A DNA stretch of 64,000 nt from Candidatus Cloacimonadales bacterium (lineage in GTDB: Bacteria > Cloacimonadota > Cloacimonadia > Cloacimonadales > JAFGVF01), in the NCBI GenBank assembly GCA_963667035.1, contig OY762964.1:2880001-2944000 (forward strand), in the 5' to 3' direction. Both the position numbers and the translations under genes were made by a program. Under the pieces are notes generated by a model. That model ran no database searches. It was not told the DNA's origin and was given only the letters and a program-made list of their open reading frames with translations. Positions 29,191-39,800 of this stretch are shown piece after piece (position 1 is the first letter of the stretch; every line of letters begins with the position of its first letter).

Positions 29191-30993
29191 ATGCAATTTA
29201 CGCTTACTAAGCTAAAAGATCTGATTAAAGTCTTTAGTAATTTTGAACGATCTAAAATACTTAGTATAGCAGTTCATAATATTGCTGAACTTTTAGATTC
29301 TAAAGGTTGCTCTATATTCCTTTATGACGATATTAGTGATCGTATTACATTAGCTGAGACAACAGGTTTGTTAAACACCAATGGTAAATCAGTATTCTAT
29401 GAGAAAGGTGAAGGATTAACAGGTTGGGTTTTTAAACATAGACGTCCTCTTCTTCTCACAAACTTATTGGAGCTAGATCAAACTAAGCTAAAAGAGAAAT
29501 ACGGTAATGATATCTACTTAAAGAACAAATACACAGAAGGGAGAACTTCCGAGATTTGTTCATGGATGGGAGTTCCGATAATCTCTGATTCAGAAAGATT
29601 TTATGGTGTATTGAGAACATCATCTATGGAAGATGATTTTACTACTGACCAATTGGAATTACTATTTGATATTGGTAACTACCTTGGAATTGCTCTTGAG
29701 AATAGTGATCGCTACCTTCAGCAACAAAAAAAAGCGGACTACTTTAGAATGCTAACTGAAGTAGGAATGCTTCTTCATACATATTATAAACAAGATGAAC
29801 TCTTGAATTATGTTTCAAAAGCACTGGTAAAAACATTTTCGTCCGAATCTTGTGAAATCTATTTAAGAGAGGACGATAACTCAAATAATCTAATCCTAAA
29901 ATCAGGATATGGAGTTCCTGAAGAGCTTATTAATAATGCTTCTCATAAGATTGGTGAAGGTCTTACCGGGACTCTTGTAAAAGAAAACAAGATTATAAGG
30001 TTAAAAAATGTACTTACATTCAGTAAATACAAAGGTAAGTACAGGAATAAAATGAAAGAGAATTTAAAGTATGGAGACAGACTAGCATTTCTAGGTATTC
30101 CAATTGCAGTTAAAACTCGAGTTATAGGTTGCATTAAGTTATATAATAAAATTCCTAAGTATCCGGGAGAACAAAACTGGTTTACTGAAGATGACGAAAG
30201 ATATTTAGCTGTTCTTGGATACATGCTCTCAGTTGCTCTTGAGAATATACAATACATCGATAGTATGGAAAACTCCGCCCGACAAATAGTCAAAACTCAA
30301 CGTTTAACTGCATTAGGAACAATGGCTATCCGATTACCTAATGAAATTACAAACTCACTCACAACAGCACAACTCAATATTAAGAATATCCTCAATAGAA
30401 TTGAATCTGACCAGTTAACAGATGAAAAACTTCTGAAACTTCTTAGAAGTACGGAAACTAATCTTCGTGAAGTTGCTTCGGGAGTACAGAATCTCCATGA
30501 GTTCTCAACAAAAGCCGGATTTACTAAAATAGTGAAGAATTGGCAAGAGTTACTGGATGAGAGCTTGCTTTTCTTAAGCGAACATATTCTTCAAAAAAAG
30601 ATAAACCTTGTACGTAACAAAATAAAGGACAATAACATTCAGATTCATGTAGAGCCGAATGAGATTACCGAAGTACTTATAAATCTTATGATGTATGCCA
30701 TAGCTCATATTAAGCATTTTGACAGTAAGCTGTTTATTACGGTTCAACACAACCAAGCAAATAGAGTAATATTAACTACAATTGAGTCCACAGATAGTAC
30801 TGGAAAACCGGAATTCGATAAAACAGAAGTAGGAGTAGAATATGAAAGTGATATTGTTACTCCCCAAAGGTTTATGCTTGATGTAGCAATGGACATTGTG
30901 AAAAACAACTATAATGGTAAAGTGATGTTGGAGCAAAAAAATAACGGGGTAGTCATTCAATTACTCATTCCTCAAGGAGAGACAGGAGTATAA
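29191..30993 (+). CDS. Tandem-GAF sensor with degenerate histidine kinase module
   Basis: Two GEGLTG GAF domains. H-box reads LPNEITNSL (no His); N, G1 and G2 boxes eroded. Confidence 0.82.
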   Translation: MQFTLTKLKDLIKVFSNFERSKILSIAVHNIAELLDSKGCSIFLYDDISDRITLAETTGLLNTNGKSVFYEKGEGLTGWVFKHRRPLLLTNLLELDQTKLKEKYGNDIYLKNKYTEGRTSEICSWMGVPIISDSERFYGVLRTSSMEDDFTTDQLELLFDIGNYLGIALENSDRYLQQQKKADYFRMLTEVGMLLHTYYKQDELLNYVSKALVKTFSSESCEIYLREDDNSNNLILKSGYGVPEELINNASHKIGEGLTGTLVKENKIIRLKNVLTFSKYKGKYRNKMKENLKYGDRLAFLGIPIAVKTRVIGCIKLYNKIPKYPGEQNWFTEDDERYLAVLGYMLSVALENIQYIDSMENSARQIVKTQRLTALGTMAIRLPNEITNSLTTAQLNIKNILNRIESDQLTDEKLLKLLRSTETNLREVASGVQNLHEFSTKAGFTKIVKNWQELLDESLLFLSEHILQKKINLVRNKIKDNNIQIHVEPNEITEVLINLMMYAIAHIKHFDSKLFITVQHNQANRVILTTIESTDSTGKPEFDKTEVGVEYESDIVTPQRFMLDVAMDIVKNNYNGKVMLEQKNNGVVIQLLIPQGETGV

Positions 30994-30995
30994 GC

Positions 30996-32207
30996 ATGTT
31001 TAAAAAAGACATTTTAATCATAGATGATAGTCTTTCTTTCTCGGAAAGTATTTGTGATTTACTTGAATTCGAAGAACCTGATTGGTCAATAACTAGAATT
31101 CATTCCGGAAATGAAGGTGTTGAGGAACTAATTAACAGCGAATATAAAGTCATACTTCTTGATTTGAAAATGCCTGGAATGAGTGGTTTGGAAGTGTTGG
31201 AAAGTTTAAACAAAACAGAAGTGATTAAACGAAACTATATAATCATTCTTACAGGAGAAATTACTATTGAAAATGCTGTCAACACTCTTAAATACGGAGC
31301 AAGAGACTTTATTCAAAAAAATACGGTTGTTGATTATACTGAATCATTTCTGACAAGTATTAAAAAGGGTTTCGAATGGCAAAAAGAACGACTCCATAAT
31401 GAAGAACTTGTAAGAGAAAAAGAAAAAGCTATTGAGGAATCAAGATTGTTAGTTAAAAGTGTCGGACATGATATGTCCGGTTCTTACTATGCATCTTTGA
31501 TGCTAAAACTTCAAATGCTAAAAAAGAAAATGCAGGGTATTATAAATGTTTATCATAATCAGATTTTGCCTGAAACTGAAAAATGCGAAATCAGCAACGA
31601 ACTAAAAGCTAGTTTCGAAACAATGGAGAAAGCTATAATTGATGCTCAGGATAGAAGTGAAAGTGTTATACTTCTACTTTCCTTTTTCAAAGAACTTGGC
31701 GAAAATCTGAAACAATTAGGGGATGCAATTGGCATACCACACCGTCCAAGAAAGAAAGTTAATCTTAACGCAATAATTCATACGGCACTCCATTCCTACT
31801 CCGAATCCAGAATTATAGAGAAACCTCAGATTCAAGTTTTTGAATATTATTCCGAAACTCCTGTTGAATTGGTAGCTTCCGAGGAAGATTTAACAAGAGT
31901 GGTTATGAACTTAATTGAGAATGCTTTCAAGGCAATGCCTGAGAAAGGAGAGTTAAAACTTAGAACATGGTCTGATAAACAATATGTCTATGCTTCAATT
32001 GAAGACACCGGATGTGGAATCCCGACAGAGAATCTGGAGAATATATGGAGACCTGATTTTACTTCTTGGAAAGATGCTCAAGGAACCGGATTAGGCTTGG
32101 TAATATGTAAAAAAGCAGTAGAAAACTCTCAAGGTGAGATTTCTGTAAAAAGTAAAGTTGACAAAGGTACATGCTTTACTTTAAAATTTACTCGGATAAA
32201 AAACTAA
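30996..32207 (+). CDS. Hybrid receiver-histidine kinase
   Basis: REC (IIDD, LLDLKMPG), H-box VGHDM, NLIENA, DTGCG, GTGLGL. Confidence 0.9.
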   Translation: MFKKDILIIDDSLSFSESICDLLEFEEPDWSITRIHSGNEGVEELINSEYKVILLDLKMPGMSGLEVLESLNKTEVIKRNYIIILTGEITIENAVNTLKYGARDFIQKNTVVDYTESFLTSIKKGFEWQKERLHNEELVREKEKAIEESRLLVKSVGHDMSGSYYASLMLKLQMLKKKMQGIINVYHNQILPETEKCEISNELKASFETMEKAIIDAQDRSESVILLLSFFKELGENLKQLGDAIGIPHRPRKKVNLNAIIHTALHSYSESRIIEKPQIQVFEYYSETPVELVASEEDLTRVVMNLIENAFKAMPEKGELKLRTWSDKQYVYASIEDTGCGIPTENLENIWRPDFTSWKDAQGTGLGLVICKKAVENSQGEISVKSKVDKGTCFTLKFTRIKN

Positions 32208-32220
32208 TATAGGAGGAGTT

Positions 32221-32823
32221 ATGAAAACTATTCTCATTGTAGATGATAAAAAGGTTTTAAGAGATGCTCTAATAGATTATCTCGGAAGTAATGAATATGA
32301 ATTTGTTGAAGCTGAATCAGGAGAAATTGCCCTTGAAAAAGCAAGAGAAGCCAAAATAGACCTAGTTCTCCTTGATGTTAATTTACCAGGAATTGATGGC
32401 ATAAGAACTCTTAAACTTTTAAAGAAAATCGACCCTACACTTATCATCATTGGACTTACAGGTGAATTAACTATTGATATACGTAATGAACTAATTAGAA
32501 ATGGTGCTGTCGACGTTCATGCTAAATCTGCTATATATGAAAAGCTGATTCCGGCAATTGAAAAGGCATTGGATGGTTCAATTGAATCAACCGTATTATC
32601 TGATGATCTTGACCTTGTTGCTGTTGCTGATAAGCTTAAGTCCGAAAACAGATGGGAAGAATCTGCCATTTATCTAAAAGAAGCTGGTTTCGAGCAAAAG
32701 TTAATGGGTAACATTAGCATAGCTAAAGAGCTCATGAATGAAGCAGTTGCAAGGTTTGAAAGAGCAGGCAGAACTTCAAAAGCAAAACAATTACGAAATT
32801 TACTGGAAGAGTTATTCATTTAA
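32221..32823 (+). CDS. Response regulator with helical non-HTH C-terminal domain
   Basis: IVDD, LLDVNLPGIDG, LTG, K; ~75-aa helical tail. Confidence 0.88.
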   Translation: MKTILIVDDKKVLRDALIDYLGSNEYEFVEAESGEIALEKAREAKIDLVLLDVNLPGIDGIRTLKLLKKIDPTLIIIGLTGELTIDIRNELIRNGAVDVHAKSAIYEKLIPAIEKALDGSIESTVLSDDLDLVAVADKLKSENRWEESAIYLKEAGFEQKLMGNISIAKELMNEAVARFERAGRTSKAKQLRNLLEELFI

Positions 32824-32994
32824 TCTATCCAGATAGTATACAAACAAGACCTAATCAACAAGAAAAGTTGTACAGAGAAAGATACTACGTAAACTACATG
32901 ATATTATATCCTACAAAAGAGCGTCAGCAATCTTTGCGGATTACGTAATTGTTTACATAAAAGGGTTATCCTTCGGGTGATAAAAACAACCTAT

Positions 32995-33091
32995 TCTTCT
33001 TTACTTCTCCTTCATCTCCCTGCAGTAATTCCTGTGAAACACTTGGGAAACACTTGGGTAATCCTTAGGTAATCCTTGGGTTAATTACCAA
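32995..33091. repeat. Dispersed ~97-bp intergenic repeat, copy 2
   Basis: Colinear with 107-203. Units at 33031-33085: CCTGTGAAACA, CTTGGGAAACA, CTTGGGTAATC, CTTAGGTAATC, CTTGGGTTAAT. Confidence 0.9.
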
Positions 33092-33225
33092 GAAGTAGCT
33101 AATTTATTAATAAGTTAGAATTGATTTTAAAGCAATTGTTACTGCTTAGAGTAGAAAGAGGAATATGAATTAGAGAGAATATTTCGAAAAGGGTGTAAAT
33201 TGATTTAGCTTTGTTAACAGCGTGA

Positions 33226-33259
33226 ATTAAAGAGAGTTACTTAAGTAACCCTCTTTAAT
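33226..33259. terminator. Terminator hairpin downstream of mfd
   Basis: ATTAAAGAGAGTTAC-TTAA-GTAACCCTCTTTAAT. Confidence 0.75.
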
Positions 33260-33283
33260 CTATTAATAACTGTATTCCTATAA

Positions 33284-36200
33284 TTACTTCTTTGTCTTTA
33301 ATTCATCTATTATACTCTTGAATTTACTTAGGTAATTTGTACTTAGATATATACTATCCTTGTGACTTGCTACTTTCTTATCAAATTCGATTATTATTCT
33401 TAATCCTTTTGTAGTGTCAAATTTGACATTAGATGTAACTTGTGTAATGAACTTACCAATTGCAGCTTGAGGAGGAAGTGTTTTCTCATCAAAATCCATT
33501 ATCAATGCTTTATCTCTTACCTTTACAGAAGCTAATCCTGCTCCTGTGGCCATAAATTTCAGTTTGTGGAAATCAACTGTCTTTTCTGCTCTTTCGGGAA
33601 GCTTACCAAATCTATCTTCCAGTTCAACCTTAAACTCATCGAATTCTGCCGAACTACTAAAATCTCCCAATCGTTTATACATCTGGATTCTCAATGTATC
33701 ATCTTTTATATAATCTGTTGGGAAAAACACGTCCTGTTTCACAGATATTTTCTTTAATGGTACAGCCTCTTCTTCAAAAGCCATGTTACCTGATTCCAGA
33801 TGTTCTACTGCTTGTTGTAATAGTCTGTTGTAATAGTTTATACCCACAGTATTAATCAATCCGCTTTGCTTTGTTCCAAGTAGATTACCGGCTCCTCTTA
33901 TCTCCAAATCTCGCATAGCAACTTGAAAACCAGCTCCTAAATAATCATACTCAGCAATTGCTTCAAGACGCTTCATTGCTATTGGAGTCATACCTTTGGG
34001 GACAAGAAGATAAGCGTAAGCTCTCCTTGAACTTCGTCCAACTCTACCTCTCATCTGGTATAATTGAGCTAATCCGAATCTATCAGACCTGTTAATTATA
34101 ATAGTGTTTGCATTAGGTATGTCAATTCCGTTTTCTATAATAGTAGTAGATATCAATACTTGAAATTTATTATGAACAAAATCATTCATCAACGTCTCAA
34201 GCTGTCGTTCCGGCATCTGGCCGTGTCCAATTGCAAATGACACATTAGGGAGCAACTTCCTAAGTTTTTCTGCTTCTGAATCTATAGTCTGTACTCTGTT
34301 GTGCACATAGAAAACTTGCCCACCTCTATCAACTTCCCTTTGAATGGCCTCTTTTACTACTGAATCATTGTAGGGTGTTACAACTGTTCTAACCGGTAAA
34401 CGTTCTTTTGGTGAGGTCTGAATCAAAGAAATCTCTTTTAACTTTGATAGAGCCATGTTGAGAGTTCTCGGAATTGGTGTGGCAGACATGTAAAGTGTAT
34501 CAATATTTGCTTTAAAACTTCTTATCTTATCTTTTTGTCTTACACCGAATCTATGCTCTTCATCCACAATAAGCAAACCGGCTCTCTTAAATTGAACATC
34601 TTTGGATAACAACCTGTGGGTACCAACAATTATATCTACTTCACCAGTTGCTAAACCGGCAAGATCATCTTTGATTTGTTTAGGTGTTCTGAATCTTGAT
34701 AACATTGCTATTCTAACCGGATACTGGGCTAATCTTTCACGGAATACATTGTAATGTTGCTCAGCTAAAAGAGTTGTAGGTACCAGCACTCCAACTTGAT
34801 ATCCCGACATTACGACCTTGAAAGCCGCTCTTATAGCTACTTCTGTTTTACCAAACCCAACGTCACCGCATAATAATCGCTCCATTGGATAAGGAGCCTC
34901 CAAATCGCTCTTTATCTCTGCAGTAGCAGTCTTTTGATCCGGAGTGTCTTCGTAAATAAAAGCATCCTCCATTTCCTCCTGCCACACAGTATCTCTTTCA
35001 ATACTTAAACCCGGTCTCATTTTTCTTTCAGCATACAAATTAAGAATATCCTCAGCTATTTCTTCAATTTGCTTTTTTACTCTCTCTTTAGTGTTATCCC
35101 AACGTTTACTTCCGATTTTATTCATCTTTGGAACGACACCTTCATCAGCAACAAATCTTGTTACCAGCTTTAACTGATGAGTTGGTACATAGATTTTATC
35201 ACCAGCTTCATATCGTAAGGCAAGACATTCAATCTGATTCCCATCAAGTGTCAGAAGCTCCAATCCTTCGAACATACCTATCCCATGATCAATATGGACA
35301 ATATAATCACCCGGTTTTAATGTTTCATAATCCACAAGAGCTTCTTTTCTTGTAAACTTACGCCCTTTTTTCTTGTATCTATTAAAAATTTCATGATCTG
35401 TATAAATTGAAAGTCTTATATCTTCAAGATTAAAGCCTTTATGCAAAACACCTATTGTAAAGCTCAGTTTACTACTAAGTCTGATAAGCATTTCTTGCAT
35501 ACGCTTACTCTGACTTTTATTATCAGATTGTATAACAATACTCCAACCTTTATCAATGTGTTCATCTAAAAACTGTTCAAACATAGTTAAATCATTAAGC
35601 ATAACCTCCGGAGGCTTATATGGAACAGCTCTAGATTCTATTTCTTCGTGAAAGAGTTGTTTATTGGCATTAAGCAAATAGTATTCTCTTTTCTTTATTT
35701 GAGTAAAAATCTCTTCTCCTGCAAACATTTCATCAGGCTTGGGGAGAAGAAGTGTGCTTGTTTTCACTTCCCTTTGATAGTATTCAAATAATTCTTCATA
35801 TATATGTTGAACTTCATTTTCCAAGTACTGTATTTCATCAAAGAAGAAGATAGTATTATCACCGAAATAATCTGGTATAGTCTCTGTTTGTGGTAGTAAT
35901 ATGGATACATCATTCTCTATTGAATTGTAAAAGAATCCCGATTCATTCTGTTGCCATCTTAGTGAGTCCCTATCAATATCATTAATACAAAACTCCCTCA
36001 TAGGCATTATATTCATGAATTTAATTACATTTCCTTTTGAGCGTTGCGTTACAGGATCAAAATGGCGTATAGACTCAATCTCATCTCCAAAGAAATCCAA
36101 ACGAATAGGATAATCAAATCCGGGAGCAAAAATGTCTATTATCCCTCCCCTATGAGCAAACTGTCCTAGCTTATTAACTTGATAATCCGACTCATATCCC

Positions 36201-36697
36201 ATCTCAACAAGTTTAATAATCAATTCTTCCTGGTTTAATTCAACACCTTGCTTAACATTAATCAAGTTCTGCTTAAAACTGTCTTTAGGTACTATTCTTC
36301 TTAAAAGTGAACGTAATGAGATAACAAAAACTCCGGGTTCATCCTCCAAGATTCTTGTTAATGCTTCTACTCTCTTTGCTCTGATTGAATAGTGTGGTGA
36401 ACGTTGCTCATACGGTAGAACTTCATAATCAGGAATAATCGCACAATGCCTTTCTCCTATAAGAACATCTAAGTCTTCAACATACTCTTCTGCAATCTTA
36501 TCATCAAGAGCGACAACGAGAATATTTTTTTTAGTATGGCTAAAAGCATGTGCTACCAATAACATCTTCAAACTATTATTAGTTTTATAGTAGCAAACTC
36601 CTCTGTTAGAGCTTTCTAAATCAGAGTTGAATGCTCGAAAGAAAACTGATCGGTCAATATGACTTAATAACTGTTGATAAAATCCACTCATCTTCAT
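33284..36697 (-). CDS. mfd: Transcription-repair coupling factor
   Basis: RGGIIDIF, VHIDHGIG, CGDVGFGKTEVA, DEEHRFG, SATPIPRT, QMRGRVGR, DLEIRGAG. Confidence 0.98.
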   Translation of the reverse strand: MKMSGFYQQLLSHIDRSVFFRAFNSDLESSNRGVCYYKTNNSLKMLLVAHAFSHTKKNILVVALDDKIAEEYVEDLDVLIGERHCAIIPDYEVLPYEQRSPHYSIRAKRVEALTRILEDEPGVFVISLRSLLRRIVPKDSFKQNLINVKQGVELNQEELIIKLVEMGYESDYQVNKLGQFAHRGGIIDIFAPGFDYPIRLDFFGDEIESIRHFDPVTQRSKGNVIKFMNIMPMREFCINDIDRDSLRWQQNESGFFYNSIENDVSILLPQTETIPDYFGDNTIFFFDEIQYLENEVQHIYEELFEYYQREVKTSTLLLPKPDEMFAGEEIFTQIKKREYYLLNANKQLFHEEIESRAVPYKPPEVMLNDLTMFEQFLDEHIDKGWSIVIQSDNKSQSKRMQEMLIRLSSKLSFTIGVLHKGFNLEDIRLSIYTDHEIFNRYKKKGRKFTRKEALVDYETLKPGDYIVHIDHGIGMFEGLELLTLDGNQIECLALRYEAGDKIYVPTHQLKLVTRFVADEGVVPKMNKIGSKRWDNTKERVKKQIEEIAEDILNLYAERKMRPGLSIERDTVWQEEMEDAFIYEDTPDQKTATAEIKSDLEAPYPMERLLCGDVGFGKTEVAIRAAFKVVMSGYQVGVLVPTTLLAEQHYNVFRERLAQYPVRIAMLSRFRTPKQIKDDLAGLATGEVDIIVGTHRLLSKDVQFKRAGLLIVDEEHRFGVRQKDKIRSFKANIDTLYMSATPIPRTLNMALSKLKEISLIQTSPKERLPVRTVVTPYNDSVVKEAIQREVDRGGQVFYVHNRVQTIDSEAEKLRKLLPNVSFAIGHGQMPERQLETLMNDFVHNKFQVLISTTIIENGIDIPNANTIIINRSDRFGLAQLYQMRGRVGRSSRRAYAYLLVPKGMTPIAMKRLEAIAEYDYLGAGFQVAMRDLEIRGAGNLLGTKQSGLINTVGINYYNRLLQQAVEHLESGNMAFEEEAVPLKKISVKQDVFFPTDYIKDDTLRIQMYKRLGDFSSSAEFDEFKVELEDRFGKLPERAEKTVDFHKLKFMATGAGLASVKVRDKALIMDFDEKTLPPQAAIGKFITQVTSNVKFDTTKGLRIIIEFDKKVASHKDSIYLSTNYLSKFKSIIDELKTKK

Positions 36698-36802
36698 TAC
36701 CTCATAGCATGATTTCTAGTAAGAGTAGTTTGTGCAAGAAAATATTTTTTGACAGTAATTAGTCATTTCCGATTATTTTGTCAGATAGAAAAGGAGAAGA
36801 TT

Positions 36803-39463
36803 ATGAGGAATAAATTATATTTATTGTTAGTGTTACTATTTGTATACACATTTACATTGATAGCTGTTCAGGCCTCACCTGAAAAAACTTTTTGGAAACA
36901 GTCAAATGGAACAGAATTAGGCATATTTGTTAGAGGAGATGAGAGAGTTCATTGGGCGGAAACTATTGATGGTTATAAGTTATTGGATGCAGGTAATGGA
37001 GATAAAGTGTATGCTATCCAAAACGATACCGGAGATATGATTCCTTCCGATGTTATCGCCTCTAATCCAAATCAAAGATATATAAATGAAGTCAACTTTT
37101 TATCAAGTATTAGAAAGGATATTTTCTTTAGTCACAGACAAATTAACCAAATGAAAAGTGTTTTACAAGAGAACAGACAAGTTAGAGACGGATTTCCAAC
37201 TATAGGCACTAATAACCTGCTTATGATTCTTGCTAATTTCAGTGATACTTCCACTCAATTCGCTCAATCAGACTTTGATGCTTATATGAATGAAGAGAAT
37301 TACAACGGAGTTGGTAGCTTTAGAGATTATTATCATGAAGTATCATACAATCAGTTAACAGTGAACACTACCGTTACTCAATGGGTAACCTTACCAGGTG
37401 GTCATGATAATTACAGCGATTGGGGATTATTTGCACGTCAGGCTATCGATGCTGCTGAAGCTGCAGGTATAGATTTCTCTCAATTTGATAATGACGGTGA
37501 TGGTTATGTTGACGGAATTGCTATTATTCATCAAGGACCAGGACAAGAAGCAACAGGTAATCCTACAGATATATGGTCCCATAGCTCCAGTTTAAGTTAC
37601 TCAGGTTATGAAGTTACTTATGATGGAGTAACCGTTAATGCCTATACTGCTCAACCTGAAATTTATAACGGTCACATCAGCACTATAGGAGTTATGTGTC
37701 ATGAATTCGGACATAATTTAGGAGCACCCGATTTCTACGATACAGACTACGAAACAGGAGGTTCATACACCGGGACCGGACAATGGGATTTAATGGCTGG
37801 AGGATCGTGGAATGGTGATCCGGGAGGTTCTGTACCACCTCATCACAATCCGTTAATGAAACAATTTTTTGGATGGTGTGAATTTACAGATTTAGACCAA
37901 TATTCTGATTTAACGAATATCACAGTAACTAACTCAAATGAAGCACCTGATTTTTATATCTATGAGACTGAAAATGATAATGAATACTTTATCGTTGAAA
38001 ACAGACAACAAATTAGTTTCAATTCCGATGTACCGGGACATGGATTGTTGATTTATCATTTCGATGAAGACTATGTGATGCAACATGCTTATCAGAATGA
38101 TTTAAATGCTACTGCCCATCAGGGTTTTTACCCTCGTGCATATGATGGCAATATAAACTCTGCTTCATGCCCGTTACCCGGTTCAATGATAATTAATTCT
38201 TTCCATGACTGGAGTAATCCTAATAGTCTTAGTTGGTCAGGGTCCACAACAAACAAACCTATAACTTACATTGACGAAACAGTTGGTGGTGATGTTACAT
38301 TTAATTTTTTAGACATGGATATACCTTATTCTACCTGCTCTTTAGATGAACCAGTAGCTGGCTCAATATTCCTACAGGGGGAATCAATACATATTTCTGC
38401 AAGTCCATGGAATAGCTTGGATTCAATTGATAACCTAGAGATATACATTAATGGTAGTCTTAATTATACTCTAACTGATGCACCTTGGGAATATGATTAT
38501 CTTACAGATGGTCACACAGGACAAATCCTAATTGGTGTAAAAGTCAACTCTACAGATGGAAGTTGGGCACAAGAAGAACATTATGTGGAAGTAGCTAATG
38601 CTATCACAATTGTTGCAGAAGACTTTGAAGGATATTCTCCCGGCGATTTTGATATTGCAAACTGGCTGTCAGTTGATAATGATAATGCAAACAGCATTAT
38701 GTTAAGCAATTATGATATCCCATGGGAAGGAACAACCGGAGCATTTGGTATCGTAGATACAAGAACTCTTTTCCCTAATGACGATAGCATAGCATTGTCC
38801 GGTTATCATACTCTTGCAGCTATCAGAGCTGATGGGGTAGATAACAATGATTGGTTCATCTCACCTAAAATTCATATTGACGGAGGAAGTTACTCCCAGT
38901 TTTACCATAGATCTTATGGTAATAATCCTATGAAATTCAGAGTTATGATATCTGCTGGTAGTACTAATTCTGATGATTTCATTAATGCAACAGGTGATAC
39001 AGTTTTTGAATCAGGTGATAATTGGACCATGCAAAGAACAATGCTAACTGCATATTCCGGCTCAGATATACGAATTGCTATAAATTGTGTTTCTGATAAC
39101 GATAGTGAACTTTTATTGATTGAAAACTTTATTATTCTCTCTGCTAATGGTGCTGTTCCTAACAATGAAGAGCTACAAACTCCTTTAGTAACTTCATTAG
39201 AACAAAATTATCCTAACCCTTTCAATCCGGAGACCTCAATCACATTCAGTATTAAGGAGGTCGGTATAGTTGATTTATCAATCTATAATATACTTGGGCA
39301 GAAGGTTAAAACTCTTAAGTCTGAGAAGATGAATCCAGGTAGTCATACAGTTGTTTGGAAAGGAATAGATAGCGAGAATCAACCGGTATCGTCCGGAGTT
39401 TATTTCTACAAACTAAGTCAAGGTAGCTATACTAGAACTAAGAAGATGCTTCTCCTAAAATAA
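36803..39463 (+). CDS. Secreted M6-family (immune inhibitor A-like) metalloprotease with adhesin-like domain and T9SS/FlgD-Ig CTD
   Basis: HEFGHNLGAPD zinc motif, WDLMAGGSWN, NNDWFISP, NYPNPFNP...KKMLLLK. ATG 36803 with AGGAG RBS. Confidence 0.9.
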   Translation: MRNKLYLLLVLLFVYTFTLIAVQASPEKTFWKQSNGTELGIFVRGDERVHWAETIDGYKLLDAGNGDKVYAIQNDTGDMIPSDVIASNPNQRYINEVNFLSSIRKDIFFSHRQINQMKSVLQENRQVRDGFPTIGTNNLLMILANFSDTSTQFAQSDFDAYMNEENYNGVGSFRDYYHEVSYNQLTVNTTVTQWVTLPGGHDNYSDWGLFARQAIDAAEAAGIDFSQFDNDGDGYVDGIAIIHQGPGQEATGNPTDIWSHSSSLSYSGYEVTYDGVTVNAYTAQPEIYNGHISTIGVMCHEFGHNLGAPDFYDTDYETGGSYTGTGQWDLMAGGSWNGDPGGSVPPHHNPLMKQFFGWCEFTDLDQYSDLTNITVTNSNEAPDFYIYETENDNEYFIVENRQQISFNSDVPGHGLLIYHFDEDYVMQHAYQNDLNATAHQGFYPRAYDGNINSASCPLPGSMIINSFHDWSNPNSLSWSGSTTNKPITYIDETVGGDVTFNFLDMDIPYSTCSLDEPVAGSIFLQGESIHISASPWNSLDSIDNLEIYINGSLNYTLTDAPWEYDYLTDGHTGQILIGVKVNSTDGSWAQEEHYVEVANAITIVAEDFEGYSPGDFDIANWLSVDNDNANSIMLSNYDIPWEGTTGAFGIVDTRTLFPNDDSIALSGYHTLAAIRADGVDNNDWFISPKIHIDGGSYSQFYHRSYGNNPMKFRVMISAGSTNSDDFINATGDTVFESGDNWTMQRTMLTAYSGSDIRIAINCVSDNDSELLLIENFIILSANGAVPNNEELQTPLVTSLEQNYPNPFNPETSITFSIKEVGIVDLSIYNILGQKVKTLKSEKMNPGSHTVVWKGIDSENQPVSSGVYFYKLSQGSYTRTKKMLLLK

Positions 39464-39488
39464 ATATAATCCGTTATATCATAGGAAC

Positions 39489-39520
39489 AGGCTATTGAGC
39501 AATGCTCAATAGCCTCTTTC
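39489..39520 (+). terminator. Terminator hairpin
   Basis: AGGCTATTGAGCA-A-TGCTCAATAGCCT followed by CTTT. Confidence 0.75.
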
Positions 39521-39686
39521 AATTAATCTTGTAATAAGTAAAAAGTATTAACTCCTGTTAACTTAAAATTTACTTTATCAGTTTTTACAACTTTTACTTC
39601 TTGTTACGTAGTATCATATATAATGCAGATATGATTGATAATATTTATGAATTATAATCAACTCCTTGAAGAATAATTTCTTAGCT

Positions 39687-39704
39687 ATGGAACAATTTTT
39701 GTAT
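39687..39704 (+). promoter_or_regulatory. Possible sigma-54 promoter (variant -12)
   Basis: TGG-AACAATTTTT-GTA (GG-N10-GT) upstream of a CTD protein gene. Confidence 0.4.
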
Positions 39705-39800
39705 AATATTTTCAATGGTAGTTTTGAATCGTAACATTTACATAACAAGGCAATTTGTTAAACCTTTGTTTATCAACATGTTACGTCTTGGAGGAGATTT

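Noticed and set aside
32920..32985. Riboswitch or sRNA around a cUUCGg hairpin (TTATCC-TTCG-GGTGATAA)
   Set aside because: Short stem between convergent genes with no downstream gene to control; no aptamer consensus could be matched.
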